Assembly (NCBI RefSeq): GCF_001194135.2
Contig: NC_068985.1
Span: forward strand, 1,756,092-1,820,091
Direction: 5' to 3'
DNA: 64,000 bases
Source: Octopus bimaculoides
Taxonomy: Eukaryota
In this document: positions 39,838 to 52,014 of the stretch, in pieces
How positions within the stretch are numbered: position 1 is the stretch's first letter
Layout: every line of letters begins with the position of its first letter
Program-made: the position numbers and the translations under genes
Notes under the pieces: model-generated
What the model saw: the letters and a program-made list of their open reading frames with translations, nothing else
Databases searched by the model: none
What the model was told of the DNA's origin: nothing

Positions 39838-40255
39838 TAGGTGCAGGAGTGGTTGTGTGGTAAGTATCTTGCTTCCTTGTTCCTGGTTCAGTCCCACTGC
39901 ATGGCATCTTGGACAAGTGTCTTCTACTATAGCCTCAGACCGACCAAAGCCTTGTGTGTGGATCTGGTAGATGGAAACTGAAAGAAGCCTGTCATATATA
40001 TAGATATATATGCATGTGTGCATGTTTGTGTGTGTGTATGTGTGTGTGTTTGTGTGTCTGTCTTTGTCCCCACCATTGCTTGACAACCAATGCTGGTGTG
40101 TTTACGTCTCTGTAACTTAATGGTTCGGCAAGAGAGTCTGATGGAATAAGTACTAGGCTTACAAAAAATACATCCTGGGGTCGATTTGTTCAACTAGAGG
40201 CGGTGCTCCAGCATGGCTGCAGTCAAATGACTGAAACAAGTAAAAGAGTAAAGAG
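39838..40255 (+). mobile_element. tRNA-derived SINE (family A), near full length
   Basis: ggtgcaggagtggttgtgtggtaag head through aaatgactgaaacaagtaaaagag tail. Confidence 0.85.
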
Positions 40256-40825
40256 TATATATGAGGTGCACATGAAAATATACACCTCTTGTATTTTAGA
40301 AATAAATGTGCATGCCTTGTGCGTATGTGCATCCAACTACACATCTAGTAATCTAAACATAAATGTACGAATACATAGAAGAGTCTTGATATACACAATG
40401 GCACACACAAACACTTACCATGCACACACACACATTACCACACATGCATACACACAAGCACACACACAAGCACATACGCATGTGGTATAGACTGAGATAA
40501 TTAATGTCTGCAAACGAAGAGATGAAACCTGCACAGTGTCTAGTATCCATTGCACACTTCCTCCGTTATTTATGAGGGAAAGAGATGAGAGACAAAGAGA
40601 CAAACATACTGAGAGGCTGACAGACAGATGGTCTGATGTTGCCCAATCCTATGTCATTGATATCATCATGCCTAAGTCATCACTTCAGTAGTGTAATGTT
40701 TTCCATAATCTTGAAACTGGGTTTTTTCTTCTTTTAGTATGGATCAATCTCGGAAGATACCATTTACCACTTTCCCACCTCACACACGTACACGCACATA
40801 CACACTGCTGTGCATATGTAGACAA

Positions 40826-40871
<46 letters not shown>

Positions 40872-41048
40872 ATGCAGACTTACATATGCACACGCATGCA
40901 CACGCAGGCACACAGGTAAATATATTTGAACACACAAACCCATTCGTTCATACATATGCACCCACACAAACTAGAAATGGAGGAAAGTGTTTCTGTAAAT
41001 TATGTGTCCATTTGGCAATAAACTCAGTCAAAGCAAACATCTATGGCA

Positions 41049-41074
41049 AGAAGAAGAAGAAGAAGAAGAAGAAG

Positions 41075-41106
<32 letters not shown>

Positions 41107-41330
41107 GAAGGAGAAGAAGAAGAAGAAGGAGAAGGAGAAGAAGAAGAAGAAGAAGAAGAAGAAGAAGAAGAAGAAGGAGAAGAAGAAGAAGAAGAAGGAG
41201 AAGAAGAAGAAGAAGAAGAAGAAGAACAACAACAACAACAACAACAACAACAGTGACATCCTCAGTAATAAAACGAACATCGTCAACAACAACAGCAATG
41301 ACAACAACAACAACAACAGTAACAATAGCA
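41049..41330. repeat. (GAA)n then (CAA)n trinucleotide repeats
   Basis: Direct read. Confidence 0.95.
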
Positions 41331-41755
41331 ACCATAGCAAAATTTGCAATTTCTAAGCAAAAGGCAAAGAGAGTTGTAATAGCTGTAAGAAGAGCAGAAA
41401 TAATTACGACTGAGCAAAGAAGCCTCCACACGAAAGCTTACCCCACACTAGAAACAGCAGCCAAATGTCTAATCTTGCAGCATGGTATCAGTAGATTAAT
41501 TAATCCATATTTTGTCTGGCATCTCTTTCTACAGATCATCTTTTTGACAAAGTTACTACTCTGGCTAAAGCAATGACCAGGACTGAGTGTTCAATATCTG
41601 GGCAGATTCTTACAGTTTTCTATAAATTAGTTGATATAGTCACTGAAATATCAGTCGTTATTCCGTTAAAACTCCATAATGGGCAAGAATAACAATATTT
41701 TCAGAGGAAGAATGGTTATTAAGTAGAATCATTCGGAAAGTCTCATCTAGATAAC

Positions 41756-41843
41756 CTTCTACTTGAGAACAATAGACAACTTCCCAAAATTCCTGATCTG
41801 GTAATGCTACTAGGGGAAGGGCAATACTATTCCAGGTTAAATT
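41756..41843 (-). CDS. Candidate internal exon (NLTWNSIALPLVALPDQEFWEVVYCSQVE), phase-compatible with 36978-37162
   Basis: tctctttatatgtctgtag| acceptor, GAAG|gttatc donor, phase 0 to 1. Confidence 0.25.
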
Positions 41844-41950
41844 CTACAGACATATAAAGAGAAGTACCATCAAGCCAGGTCTATCCAAACATCAAAACAT
41901 ACTCATTGTGTCTAAGCTTCACCGACCAGTGTAAATATGTGAAATAGTTG

Positions 41951-42232
41951 GAAAATTACTATTTTTAAATCTCACAACAAGAGATATTCATTAACAGTAC
42001 TTTGGAGTAAAGATTGTTTGCCAACATAACATGGCAGTCCTGGTTTAGGATGAACGTTGCTGTAATTTCGCCCCAGGAGACATCATCTCCAGCTGGCTAT
42101 ATGACACGATCTGTGTCCTTATATTTTCAAACAAGGGAATTCAGCACCCCCACTCAGTTCAAAACAATATCTGTGTATCATGATTTCCAGGTTATTTCCT
42201 TTCATCAGCACAGAATAATTGTTTGAGTAGAG
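41951..42232 (-). mobile_element. Non-coding hammerhead-bearing retroelement (retrozyme-like / non-autonomous PLE), 12-bp TSD
   Basis: TSD gtgaaatagttg at 41939-41950 and 42233-42244; high identity to 54208-54427. Confidence 0.75.
42170..42214 (-). ncRNA. Intact minimal type I hammerhead ribozyme motif
   Basis: UCUGUG-CUGAUGA-A AGG aaauaa CCU G-GAA-AUCAUGAU-A-CACAGA; 6-bp stem I, perfect palindromic stem III, AUA triplet. Confidence 0.85.
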
Positions 42233-43329
42233 GTGAAATAGTTGTTTAGCAAGCATTCCATTGTGGACATTGTTCTCCTCTATGTGACAGCTATATGATT
42301 GCTTGGTCAGACCTAGTTTGGGATTAACCAACAACAACATATTCACTTTACATGAAACCACTGCTGTTATTCCAACAACACTGCAGCTATCACCAAGAGG
42401 TACCACTTCACATACTACCACTGCAGCTACTACTAAACAGTGTTGGTTAACACCACATCACAATAACCCCTACAAGCCAAAGTGACAGCCAGTGTAGATG
42501 CTTAATCTGCTGGAAACAGCAGCTGTATCTCTCTTCAATACACCCTACAATATTATAATGGAGGTGCATAACCTAAGGGTTCAGGTGTTGTACTTATGGT
42601 CATCAGATCATGGGTTCAAATTCTGGCTCAGGCAGCATGTTGTGTTCTTGAGCAAAATACTTCATTTCACGTTGTTCCAGTGCTGTGTGGAGACCAGCAT
42701 GTGAAAGAATTGACTAAATATTTCCTCTGTGTGTCATAAAAGGTAACTAAAAGAGGTGGGATTTGCAGTCCAACCTCCTAAAAGCCTCACTTGCAACAAC
42801 TGCCTAAACACACCCATGTGTTGGAAGGTTGTCACCTGAACAGTGCAAAGGTATCATCCACCAAGAGTAGCAGGGAATCACCAACAAATGGTGGATGCAG
42901 TGACAGACTGCTGTTACAGTGCATGTCCCCCACCCCTCATACTATTGCTATCTTAGAAAAAGAGACATTGCATTGTGTAGTCTGAGATACAGAGTCTGAT
43001 CAGCTACTCAGGGCTAGAATACTTGGAATAAAAATCTGTTAAATCTTGGGCCAAACAAGAAGAGTAGCCGTGATTAGATTGGCCTAGTTCTCTCCACATG
43101 GCACCAGATTCCTCACCAAATCAGTTACTACAACACAACCACTACTAACACCACATCACTACTTCCACCACACTCACAAGACACCATCGACAAGAAGAGA
43201 CACTGCTTAGGTCATTATAGCCACCACATCACTTTAGTGACTGTAATTACTGAAACATCATTGTAGCCATCACATCCTGACAACATTAGTTGACTGACCA
43301 ACACTCTCAGCATTACAGATGACAGAATA

Positions 43330-43530
43330 GGGATCACCACCACCACCACCATCACCACTACAAGCACCACCACAATCACCACAACCATTACCACCATCAC
43401 CATTTTCATCCCCCCACCAAAGCCATCAAAGCCACTCCACCACCAAAATCACTCATCAACCATCACCACCACCATCACCACCACCACCACCATCACCACC
43501 ACCACCACCATCACCACCACCACCATACTG
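43330..43530. repeat. Degenerate (CAC)n repeat
   Basis: Direct read. Confidence 0.85.
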
Positions 43531-43872
43531 TTATAGTCATATGACCTGCTGGTTTGATTGTAACCCTATCAGCTCAACACTTTTAAGAATTATTAGTTAA
43601 AAAGTTGAAGTAGTATAGGAAGGGGGAAGATCCCTGACCGTTTTACGGGGGGGGGGGGCTCCCTGGCTGGTGGGAAGAAGAGGGAAAGTTATTCTCAGAT
43701 TGAAGACCTGATAAAGGGACCCAAGATCAAGGTGGTGTATTAAACGAAGCAAAGAATTAAGTTTACCCCCCACCCCCACACCAAGATCACCGTGAATGCA
43801 TCTCACTGTACCTCACCACATCACCTCAACACATTGAGTTCAATTTAATCAACTCCTAACACCAACGTTATC

Positions 43873-43908
<36 letters not shown>

Positions 43909-44489
43909 CAATACTTGGCCTTCTGCCGGCTCCCATGAAACCCTATATGTCAACAGTTTGTTCTGCGGGTGGCTTTTTGCCAAATTGATAAAATCCTGAT
44001 AATTTTACACTGGTTTAGCACAGAAACACCTTTGTTGACTTATTTCAGTTTGTGTCCACAACATTGCTTTCTATTTCCCACCAATTTCTTGTGAATTTCC
44101 TGCCATATTTTAAATAATTCTCTCTTCTTTATATCCTCTATCATTACTGAATCCGACCTATTTATTTTACCCCTTCCAATTTCCTCGTCACCGCCACTTT
44201 CATCAAAACATCAAAACTGATTTCACAAGTTCACATCACCATGTTTATTTTATTCCCTTACTTTATTTTTTTTTTTTTTTTATTAAAACTCCTGATATTT
44301 CATTCATATTGTTTGTTTTTATGTTTGTTTACTGGTTTCTTGCTGTTATTTTCTTTGTTGACTACAATTCTATTGCTTTGGAGAATATGTCATGACATCT
44401 GTGAAATCTCACCATATCTCTCTTTCTCCTCCTCTCTCTCTCTCTCGCTTTCTCTCTATCTGTTCACATTTCACTATTTACCCATTATA

Positions 44490-44893
44490 TACAGATGCAT
44501 ATATATATATCTGCTTATGTTTGTGCATATGTATATATATATATATACATTTATATGCATATATATATAATGTACACACACATGTGTATACATTCACATA
44601 TGTATACACAAACATATATATATATACACACACGCATGTATATATATATATATATATAGGTATGTATGTGTGTGTATACATATGTGTGTGTAGAGAAAAA
44701 GTGAGAAAGAGAGCAATGGAGAAGTAAGAGAGAAAAACATACACACAAGCATTACATACAAATACATATATGTGTGCATAAATACACACATACATATATA
44801 CACATATGTATGTATCTATGTATGCATTGGTGTATATATACGTATATATGTGTGTTTAAATGCATTTGTGTGTGTATCTGTGTGTGTCTATAC

Positions 44894-44929
<36 letters not shown>

Positions 44930-45090
44930 GTTTCTTTGTATATACACATGTAAAGAGATAAATAAATAGATTGATAGATGGATATATATAGATAGATACA
45001 TACATACATGTACACATACATACATACATGTGTGTGTGTATGAGTGTGTGTGCGTGTGTGTGTACTCATACAAACACATGTATGTATGTG
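44490..45090. repeat. Mixed (TA)/(CA)/(TG)/(TATG) microsatellite field
   Basis: Direct read. Confidence 0.9.
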
Positions 45091-45302
45091 TGGAAGGTGA
45101 TGCAGCATTTGTTTTCGTGTACCTCAGCTTGTCTCTTTCATCCGTCTGTTTATATCTGATTCAGATTCTATCAGTTTGTCTACTTCTCGCAAAGGTGTGG
45201 AGGGACTGAAATTTTATATTTAAAAAAAAAAAACAAATCGTGTATCACACACTATATTTCAATTATTGTGAACATCTTGGTGATCATTCTTCATTCTTCA
45301 GT

Positions 45303-45368
45303 TCAGGCAACTTGAACAATGCCATCTTCTGGTTCAAATGACTTTTTAACCCAACGACCAACATCTGT
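45303..45368 (-). CDS. Candidate short terminal exon (TDVGRWVKKSFEPEDGIVQVA*)
   Basis: T-rich ttttatagttttacag| acceptor, protein-like composition; too short to be conclusive. Confidence 0.2.
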   Translation of the reverse strand, partial: TDVGRWVKKSFEPEDGIVQVA

Positions 45369-45699
45369 CTGTAAAACTATAAAACTGATTCCTTGCTTTA
45401 TTGTCTGTTTAAGTAACTTTACACCTGAAACTAGATAAAAAAAATATGTGTTGGGTCAGTGGAGTGAGCGTGGCAACACAAGTGAAAGACTGTCTGAAGG
45501 AGACATTTAAGTTGCCTTTTATATCTATAGAGCAATGCATATTTATGCTTCCCTCTCTTTCGACTTTTTCTTTGCCTTTCACTCTTTCTCTCCCCTTCTC
45601 TTTCTCTCCCTCTCCTCTATCTCCCCCTCTCCCTCCTCTCTCTCCCCCTCTGCACATACACACAAGGGTTGTAACGGCAGAATTATTACTTTGCCAGAC

Positions 45700-46085
45700 A
45701 AAACGTTTGCTAATATTTCTTCCAGCTTTTATCATTCTGAGTTCAAATTCCACTGAGGCTGGCTTTACTGTTCATCCCTCTCAGGGTCGATGGAATAAAC
45801 ATCAGTTGTGCACTGGGGGTTGCTGTAATTGGCTTACCCACTCCCATGAAATTGCCGGCTTTGTGCTGAAATTTGAAACGAAAAAAAGCAGTAAGCTGAG
45901 AATTAATGCTTAGCAGTATTTCATCCATGTTTGCATTCTGAGTTCAAATCCCATTGAGGTCAACTTTACCTTTTATCCTTTTGGGGTCGATAAAACAAGT
46001 ACTAGTTGATCACTGGGGTCGATGTAGTTGAATAAACCCCCTACCCAGAAATTACTGGTGTTGTACTAAAACTTGAAATCACAGA
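45700..46085 (+). mobile_element. Two tandem family-B-related SINE fragments
   Basis: ttctgagttcaaat(t/c)cc...ctttt(a/c)atcc...ggggtcgat motifs twice. Confidence 0.7.
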
Positions 46086-46089
46086 GGCA

Positions 46090-46760
46090 ATCACAAGTGA
46101 CCGAGACCTTTAGAGATATGCCGTTCTTGAGAAGAGCCATTAAGCCAAGTGAGATTGTAGTTGTGGCCGATGTCAGTACCATCTGACTGGCACCTGTGCT
46201 GGTGGCACATAAAAAAGCACCATACAAGAATTGGGCCTCGTGGAGGTAGTGATGTCAAGCCAAGTGAGATCGTAGTTGTGGTCAATGCCACTGTTGCATA
46301 ACTGGCCTCTTAAAAGCCCCCCCCCCCGCTTCAATTATTGGGCAATATGCTGTGCTGTTGGGCCAAATGAAATTGTAGTCAAGGTCAATGCCAGTGCCAC
46401 CTGACTGGCACCTATGCCGATGGCCTGTAAAAAGCAAAGCACCATTCAAGCATTGGGCCTCATGGAGGCAGTGACAGGTGACCAAGACCTTTGGCAATAT
46501 ACTGTGCTAGTGCGGATTTGCCAAGCCAGGTGTAACCATAGACATGGCTGACGCCAGTGTCAGTTCAATAGCATTTGTGCCAGTGGCATACAAAAAGCAT
46601 CCACTACACTCTTGGAGTGGTTGGCATTATGAAGGGCATCCAGCTGTTGAGACCTTGCCAAATCAGATTGGAACCTGGTACAGCCCCCTGTTTTCAGTCA
46701 AACCATCCAACCCATGCCAACATGGAAAGTAGACATTAAACGATGATGATGATGATGATT
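46090..46760 (+). mobile_element. RTE-type 3' UTR with tandem ~110-bp subrepeats and (GAT)n tail
   Basis: Repeated ccaagtgagat(t/c)gtagttgtgg units at about 46145, 46260, 46365; standard tail. Confidence 0.75.
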
Positions 46761-47134
46761 ACATTATTCTTATTAACCGACATATGTCACTGAAATTGCA
46801 CATGTCGGTAGAGTAATACTTCCTCCATAAAAAGTTACCCATCAATGTTGTTTCCATCACAAATGATGCATTTGAACTATTGTTGAACCCATGTATAAAT
46901 ATATATATATCTTTTATCTTTTACTGGTTTCACTCATTAGACGGAGGCCATGCTGGGGTACAACCTTAATGAATCTTAGTTAACCAAACCAAATCCAGTA
47001 CTTGGGATAGAGAAGAAAAAAATGGGGCTGAAGAAACCAGAATGAACTTTACTAACCATTCCCAGCCTACATACTAAAGTAACTCTTTCTAGCACTTCCC
47101 ACCCAACTACGATTAGAAAGACTCATTTATTTGC

Positions 47135-47300
47135 AGGTGCAGATGTGGCTGTGTGGTAAGAAGCTTGCTTCCCAACCACATGGTTCTGGGTTCAGACCTA
47201 ACTGCGTGGCGCCTTCAACAAGTGTCTTCTACTATAGCCTTAGGTCAACCAAAGCCTTCCGAGTGGATTTGGTAGATAGAAACTAAAAGAATCCCATCAT
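47135..47300 (+). mobile_element. tRNA-derived SINE (family A) 5' part
   Basis: ggtgcagatgtggctgtgtggtaagaagcttgcttcccaaccacatgg. Confidence 0.8.
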
Positions 47301-47304
47301 ATAT

Positions 47305-47720
47305 CATCATCATCATCATCATCATCATCGTTTAACGTCCATTTTCCATGCTGGCATGGGTTGGCCAGTTTGATTGTGGTCTGGAAAGCCAGCGGCTGCA
47401 CCAGGCTCCAATCTGATCTGGTAATGTTTCTACAACTGGATGCCCTTCCTAACGCCAACTACTCCAAGAGTGTAGTGGGTGCTTTTTACGTGCCACTGGC
47501 ACAAGAGTCAGTCAGGTAGACCGACAATGATCACGTTCAGTGCTTTTTACATGCCACCAGGACAGGAGCCAGTCAGGGGGAATACGCTACAGCTATGATT
47601 TTGCTTTTACTTGACTCAACAGGCTTTCTCAAGCATATTGTATCACCTGACATGTCAAGGGTACTTTTAAATGGGCCGGACATGCAACACTAGAATCGCC
47701 CATGACTGCAATCTCAATTT
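47305..47720 (-). mobile_element. RTE-type 3' end inserted into SINE A repeat tract
   Basis: (CAT)n-gtttaacgtccattttccatgctggcatggg and upstream UTR. Confidence 0.75.
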
Positions 47721-47735
47721 AGCTGCCAGGTCTTA

Positions 47736-47770
<35 letters not shown>

Positions 47771-47780
47771 NNNNNNNNNN

Positions 47781-47825
<45 letters not shown>

Positions 47826-48491
47826 GGGTGTGTCTTTGTGTCTGATTGTCACTCACCACCACTTGACAACTGGTGTTTGTATATTTATCTACATGTAACT
47901 TAACAGCTCAGCAAATAGTGACCAATAGAATATGTGGCAGGCTTAAAAAGATGAATGGGGTAGATTCATTTGACTTAAGATTTTCAAGATGATGCCACAG
48001 CATGGCCAACACTCTAATGACTGAAACAAGTAAAAGATGCAAGTGAAAAAACTTATTTGGACATAGAGAAGAAAGTTCTAAGGGNNNNNNNNNNAGGGTA
48101 AGTAGGGGGACGGTGAATGAGAGATGGAAATGGGGGGGGGGGTTCAGGTGTATACAGCAGTGAATAGTGAACAAGGAGAGTAAGTTTGGGTTGAGGGACA
48201 ATGGTAAGAGAGAGAGAGCTGGATATCAATGGAGGGAGGTTGAAAAGGGGAGAGGAAGTGATGACTGGCAGTTCAGAAATGTTGATAATAGATAATTAGG
48301 GGTTTTGCTTTTATCAATTTTCAGCAGCAGAATTTTATACAGTAGCTAGAAGAGTGATGGAGGGATCAGTTTTAGGGAAATGAATATCTGCTGACATCAC
48401 TCATTTTCACCTACGTATTTTCATGTCTGAATGTATGTATGTAGGTGTGTATATGTGTGTGTGCGTGTGTGTGTGTGTGTATGTGCGTGTT

Positions 48492-48527
<36 letters not shown>

Positions 48528-48534
48528 TATATAT

Positions 48535-48659
48535 ACAGCATACCCTCACTTATTTGTGGTTCGGCCTTTGCGGTCCCAGTTATTCATAGAACAAATAATT
48601 GTTCACAGAAACCACCAAGTAGTAAATATCATCTGCAATTTTTTATGACTTCTGTCGTG

Positions 48660-48660
<1 letters not shown>
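48535..48660 (+). mobile_element. Possible pogo/Tigger-like terminal fragment
   Basis: TA|cagcataccctcacttatttgtggttc resembles pogo-type TIR starts; no matching far end found. Confidence 0.25.
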
Positions 48661-48697
<37 letters not shown>

Positions 48698-48718
48698 TTA
48701 TTATTATCATTATTATCA

Positions 48719-48759
<41 letters not shown>

Positions 48760-50725
48760 GTAGTAGTATAGGTTACTATATCTAGTGGTAATATAAACTA
48801 AATTTTTCGAAACTATGATTATTTTTCATCTCTGCTCAATCACCCATTGGTGGTATGCACATATTAAACATAAAAAAGATATTTTTTGTACGCTTTTTTT
48901 GAGGGAAAAACTGCATCCAGTAACTATCTCGAGTGTTTTGTTGGGTGTTGTGTTTTTCACAGCATGTTGTAAAATAATCCATCTCTGAGTTTGTGGTGAG
49001 GTCTGTTGTATGTAACCGTAGTTTGATGAGTTTTTAATAAAATAATCCATTCTAAAACAAAGGGACATTTGGTTTTTGTATTAGGGGTTTATATATATTT
49101 ACTGGGTGCAATATTTGTTGAATCAGTGTAGAGAAATGTGTTCCTGTTTTGTTTTGTGATATTGTCTACTAATTTAATTAAGTACACATCATTAATTAAT
49201 GTTTGTTTCCCTTGTTAGATTCCCTAATTCAAAAATTGGCTTGCACTATTTTTTTCATATTCTGAGGTGTTCTGTGGAATATTATAGTTGCATTTTTTTT
49301 TTTACTTATTTTGTTTCTTATCTGTAATAAACTAAGAGGTTTCTCCTATTATTCTCACAAATTACGATTACTTTTCATGTCCTGTATGGTTGTGTCACAA
49401 TATTTTTGTCAATTAGTATCTTGGAAAACAGAGAGAAATTTCACTTACTTTGTTTTTTGAGGAATAAAAATTTGCTGTGGGACTGGCATGTGTAATTTGA
49501 TCACAGCTGAGGAGTGCTATGAGAGTCCAAAAACTTTGTTGTCTTCTGAGAGAAATAGCAATTTCCCATCATAAAAACTGCTAAGATTCCATCTATATCA
49601 TCATTCCTTATTTGACATGAGAGTAGACTGTACATTATCTATAGCTATGGCTATGTAGTTAAGTAAGTAAGTCACCTATAGATTTTTTGGGGGTATCTGT
49701 TGAAGATTTTGGAATATCCTTCGCCATTATGTCTACTTGACAGTTGATTAGCTTTTACAAGAATTCTGAGACTTTTGTTTTTTTGTACTGCTTCAATGTG
49801 AAAACATATATTTGTGCAAATAGGGAACAGCTTTTTTCAAACATTTTGTTTTAAAGATGCAACTGTGTTCAAGTTTAATCCATTTTCTTTCTTTTTTTTT
49901 TTATTAAAGACTTTTCTTGTTTCTTTATTAATCCTTCACATTCCAATGTCCATTAGTCCATTAACGATTCAATACTTTAGTTTTCAACACCTGAAATATT
50001 GACATGTTTTTCACGCATTTTGCAGTATGTTGCCAAAGATCATGGCAGTAGATGGAACTGATAAATCTCCAATGCTGGATTATTTGGTTAACATAAAAAC
50101 GAAGTTATTTCTAAATATCACCACATTATCTACTCTATGTATGTTGGGGACATAACAAGGTGAGATATACAGAAGAAAATAACTGATAGTTTTAAAACGT
50201 GATTTTGAAACTAATTCCCTCCTTGAATTTACCATCCAAAAATAGTTCTAACATAAATTAAAACCACACCACCAACCCATTCTGGTTACATAAATGTAAC
50301 AACAAGGAATATTACTTGTAGCAACTCATTATACTCCCCCAAAAAATCTACCTCTGCAGAGATAATATCTAAATAAGCAGAGATTCTGTCCCCATAGATA
50401 TAAAATATTTATAGTGAAATCTTAGCTAGGATGAGCTTTTAAATCTCATCAACAAAAGAATTTTTAGATAAAGAGCTCTAACAAGTGAAACAAACAATAG
50501 TTAGTAATGGGTATTGGGTAGACAAGCAGACTGTGTTATAAAACAGAACCAAATTCATACTCACTGCTACAAAAGATGCAACACCCAGTAAAGATATATA
50601 AACAACACATATAGAACATTACAAGAAACAAATGCATGCTTCTTAGAGAACGAAATATTGTTAATATCTGATAACAGAACATAATAGGGATCATGTCTAA
50701 TCACAGTCTTATAGTTCTTCCACAT

Positions 50726-50957
50726 CAGTGGTTCTCAACCATTTTTTTGTCTATAAATCCCTTTGATCCTTATTCTACACTACCATGCTTCCAGAGCCAT
50801 TCGATGTATATAAAATAATCTTGTTATGCTTTTATAATTGAAAATTATTAAGAATTATTTGAAAAAAAGTTAAAATATTTTGTATATTGTAGATGTATAA
50901 GCAATTTATTGCACATAAACAAGAAAACCTTATATGAACCTCAGTTGAGAACCAATG
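50726..50957. mobile_element. hAT/Charlie-type MITE
   Basis: TIRs cagtggttctcaac ... gttgagaaccaatg; internal similarity to 25548-25780. Confidence 0.75.
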
Positions 50958-51002
50958 TTTTATATTATAAAACACCTCAATGGAAAATTCCTCATCAAAA
51001 GA

Positions 51003-51345
51003 CAGGTAAAGGAATGACTTTGTGGTAAGAAGTTTGTTTCCCAGCCACATGGTTCTGGGTTCAGTCCCACTGCATGGCACTTTGGACAAGTGTCTTCTAC
51101 TAACAGCCTCAGGTCTTTTGCATGGATTGGTAGGCAGAAACTGAAAGAAGCCCATTGTATGTGGTAGGGGCAGTTTGACAACCAGTGTTGGTGTGTTTAC
51201 ATCGCCATAACTTAGCAGTTTGGCTGATAGAGACTGATAGAGGCTTGAAACTAAAATAAGTACTGGAGTCAATTTGCTTGACTAAAATTCTTCAAGGCGT
51301 TGCCCCAGCATGGCCACAGACTAATGCTTGAAACAACTAAACCAT
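51003..51345 (+). mobile_element. tRNA-derived SINE (family A)
   Basis: tgtggtaagaagtttgtttcccagccacatggttctgggttcagtcccactg. Confidence 0.8.
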
Positions 51346-52014
51346 GAAATGAAACCACACACTTTCAGACTATGGAAAGTACTTCAGACTATGGAAAGCT
51401 AGAAGCATCAAAACATATTTACGGGGATTGTGTGCTTGGTAGCCAAAAGTTATGGCCGCCCATCAAAACAGAACAGAACAGAACAGGTTTACTGCATTGG
51501 TGTATTGCACTCAAGATCATAAAATCATGTGTTCAATTCCCAGACTGATTGCATGTTGTACTCTTGAACAAAACACTTCATTTAATGTTACTTCAGTCCA
51601 GCCTGCTGTAAATGGTTAACCCTGTGACAAACTAGCCCAATTAGGGAGAATGTTGGCTTACTTGCATAGCCAAGCGGTGGAATCATTCAAAGACCAAAAT
51701 GATGCAAAGTGCATTGTGATCAGCAATGTATAACAACATCTAATAGTCTGGTCAACCATTTGGTCAGATGATAATATAGAATATATAATATATAGCAGTC
51801 AGGCCAGGTCAGATCAAGTAGGAATGGTAAAAGTGGTGATGGGCATGTGCTGTTGCAGTGCCTTGCTGCATCCTCAATGTGTCAGTATTTGCTTGAGTCA
51901 TCCAAAGTAACCCTCCAAGCAGCATCCCAGTCAGTCCTGATCTCTGCAAGGTACTTCCTCATCTGCTATGACCATGGGGCATCTAGTTGACCAATGCCTG
52001 TGGATAACATATTG

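Noticed and set aside
41024-41576. Long poly-R, poly-E, poly-L ORFs
   Set aside because: Translations of (GAA)n/(CAA)n microsatellites
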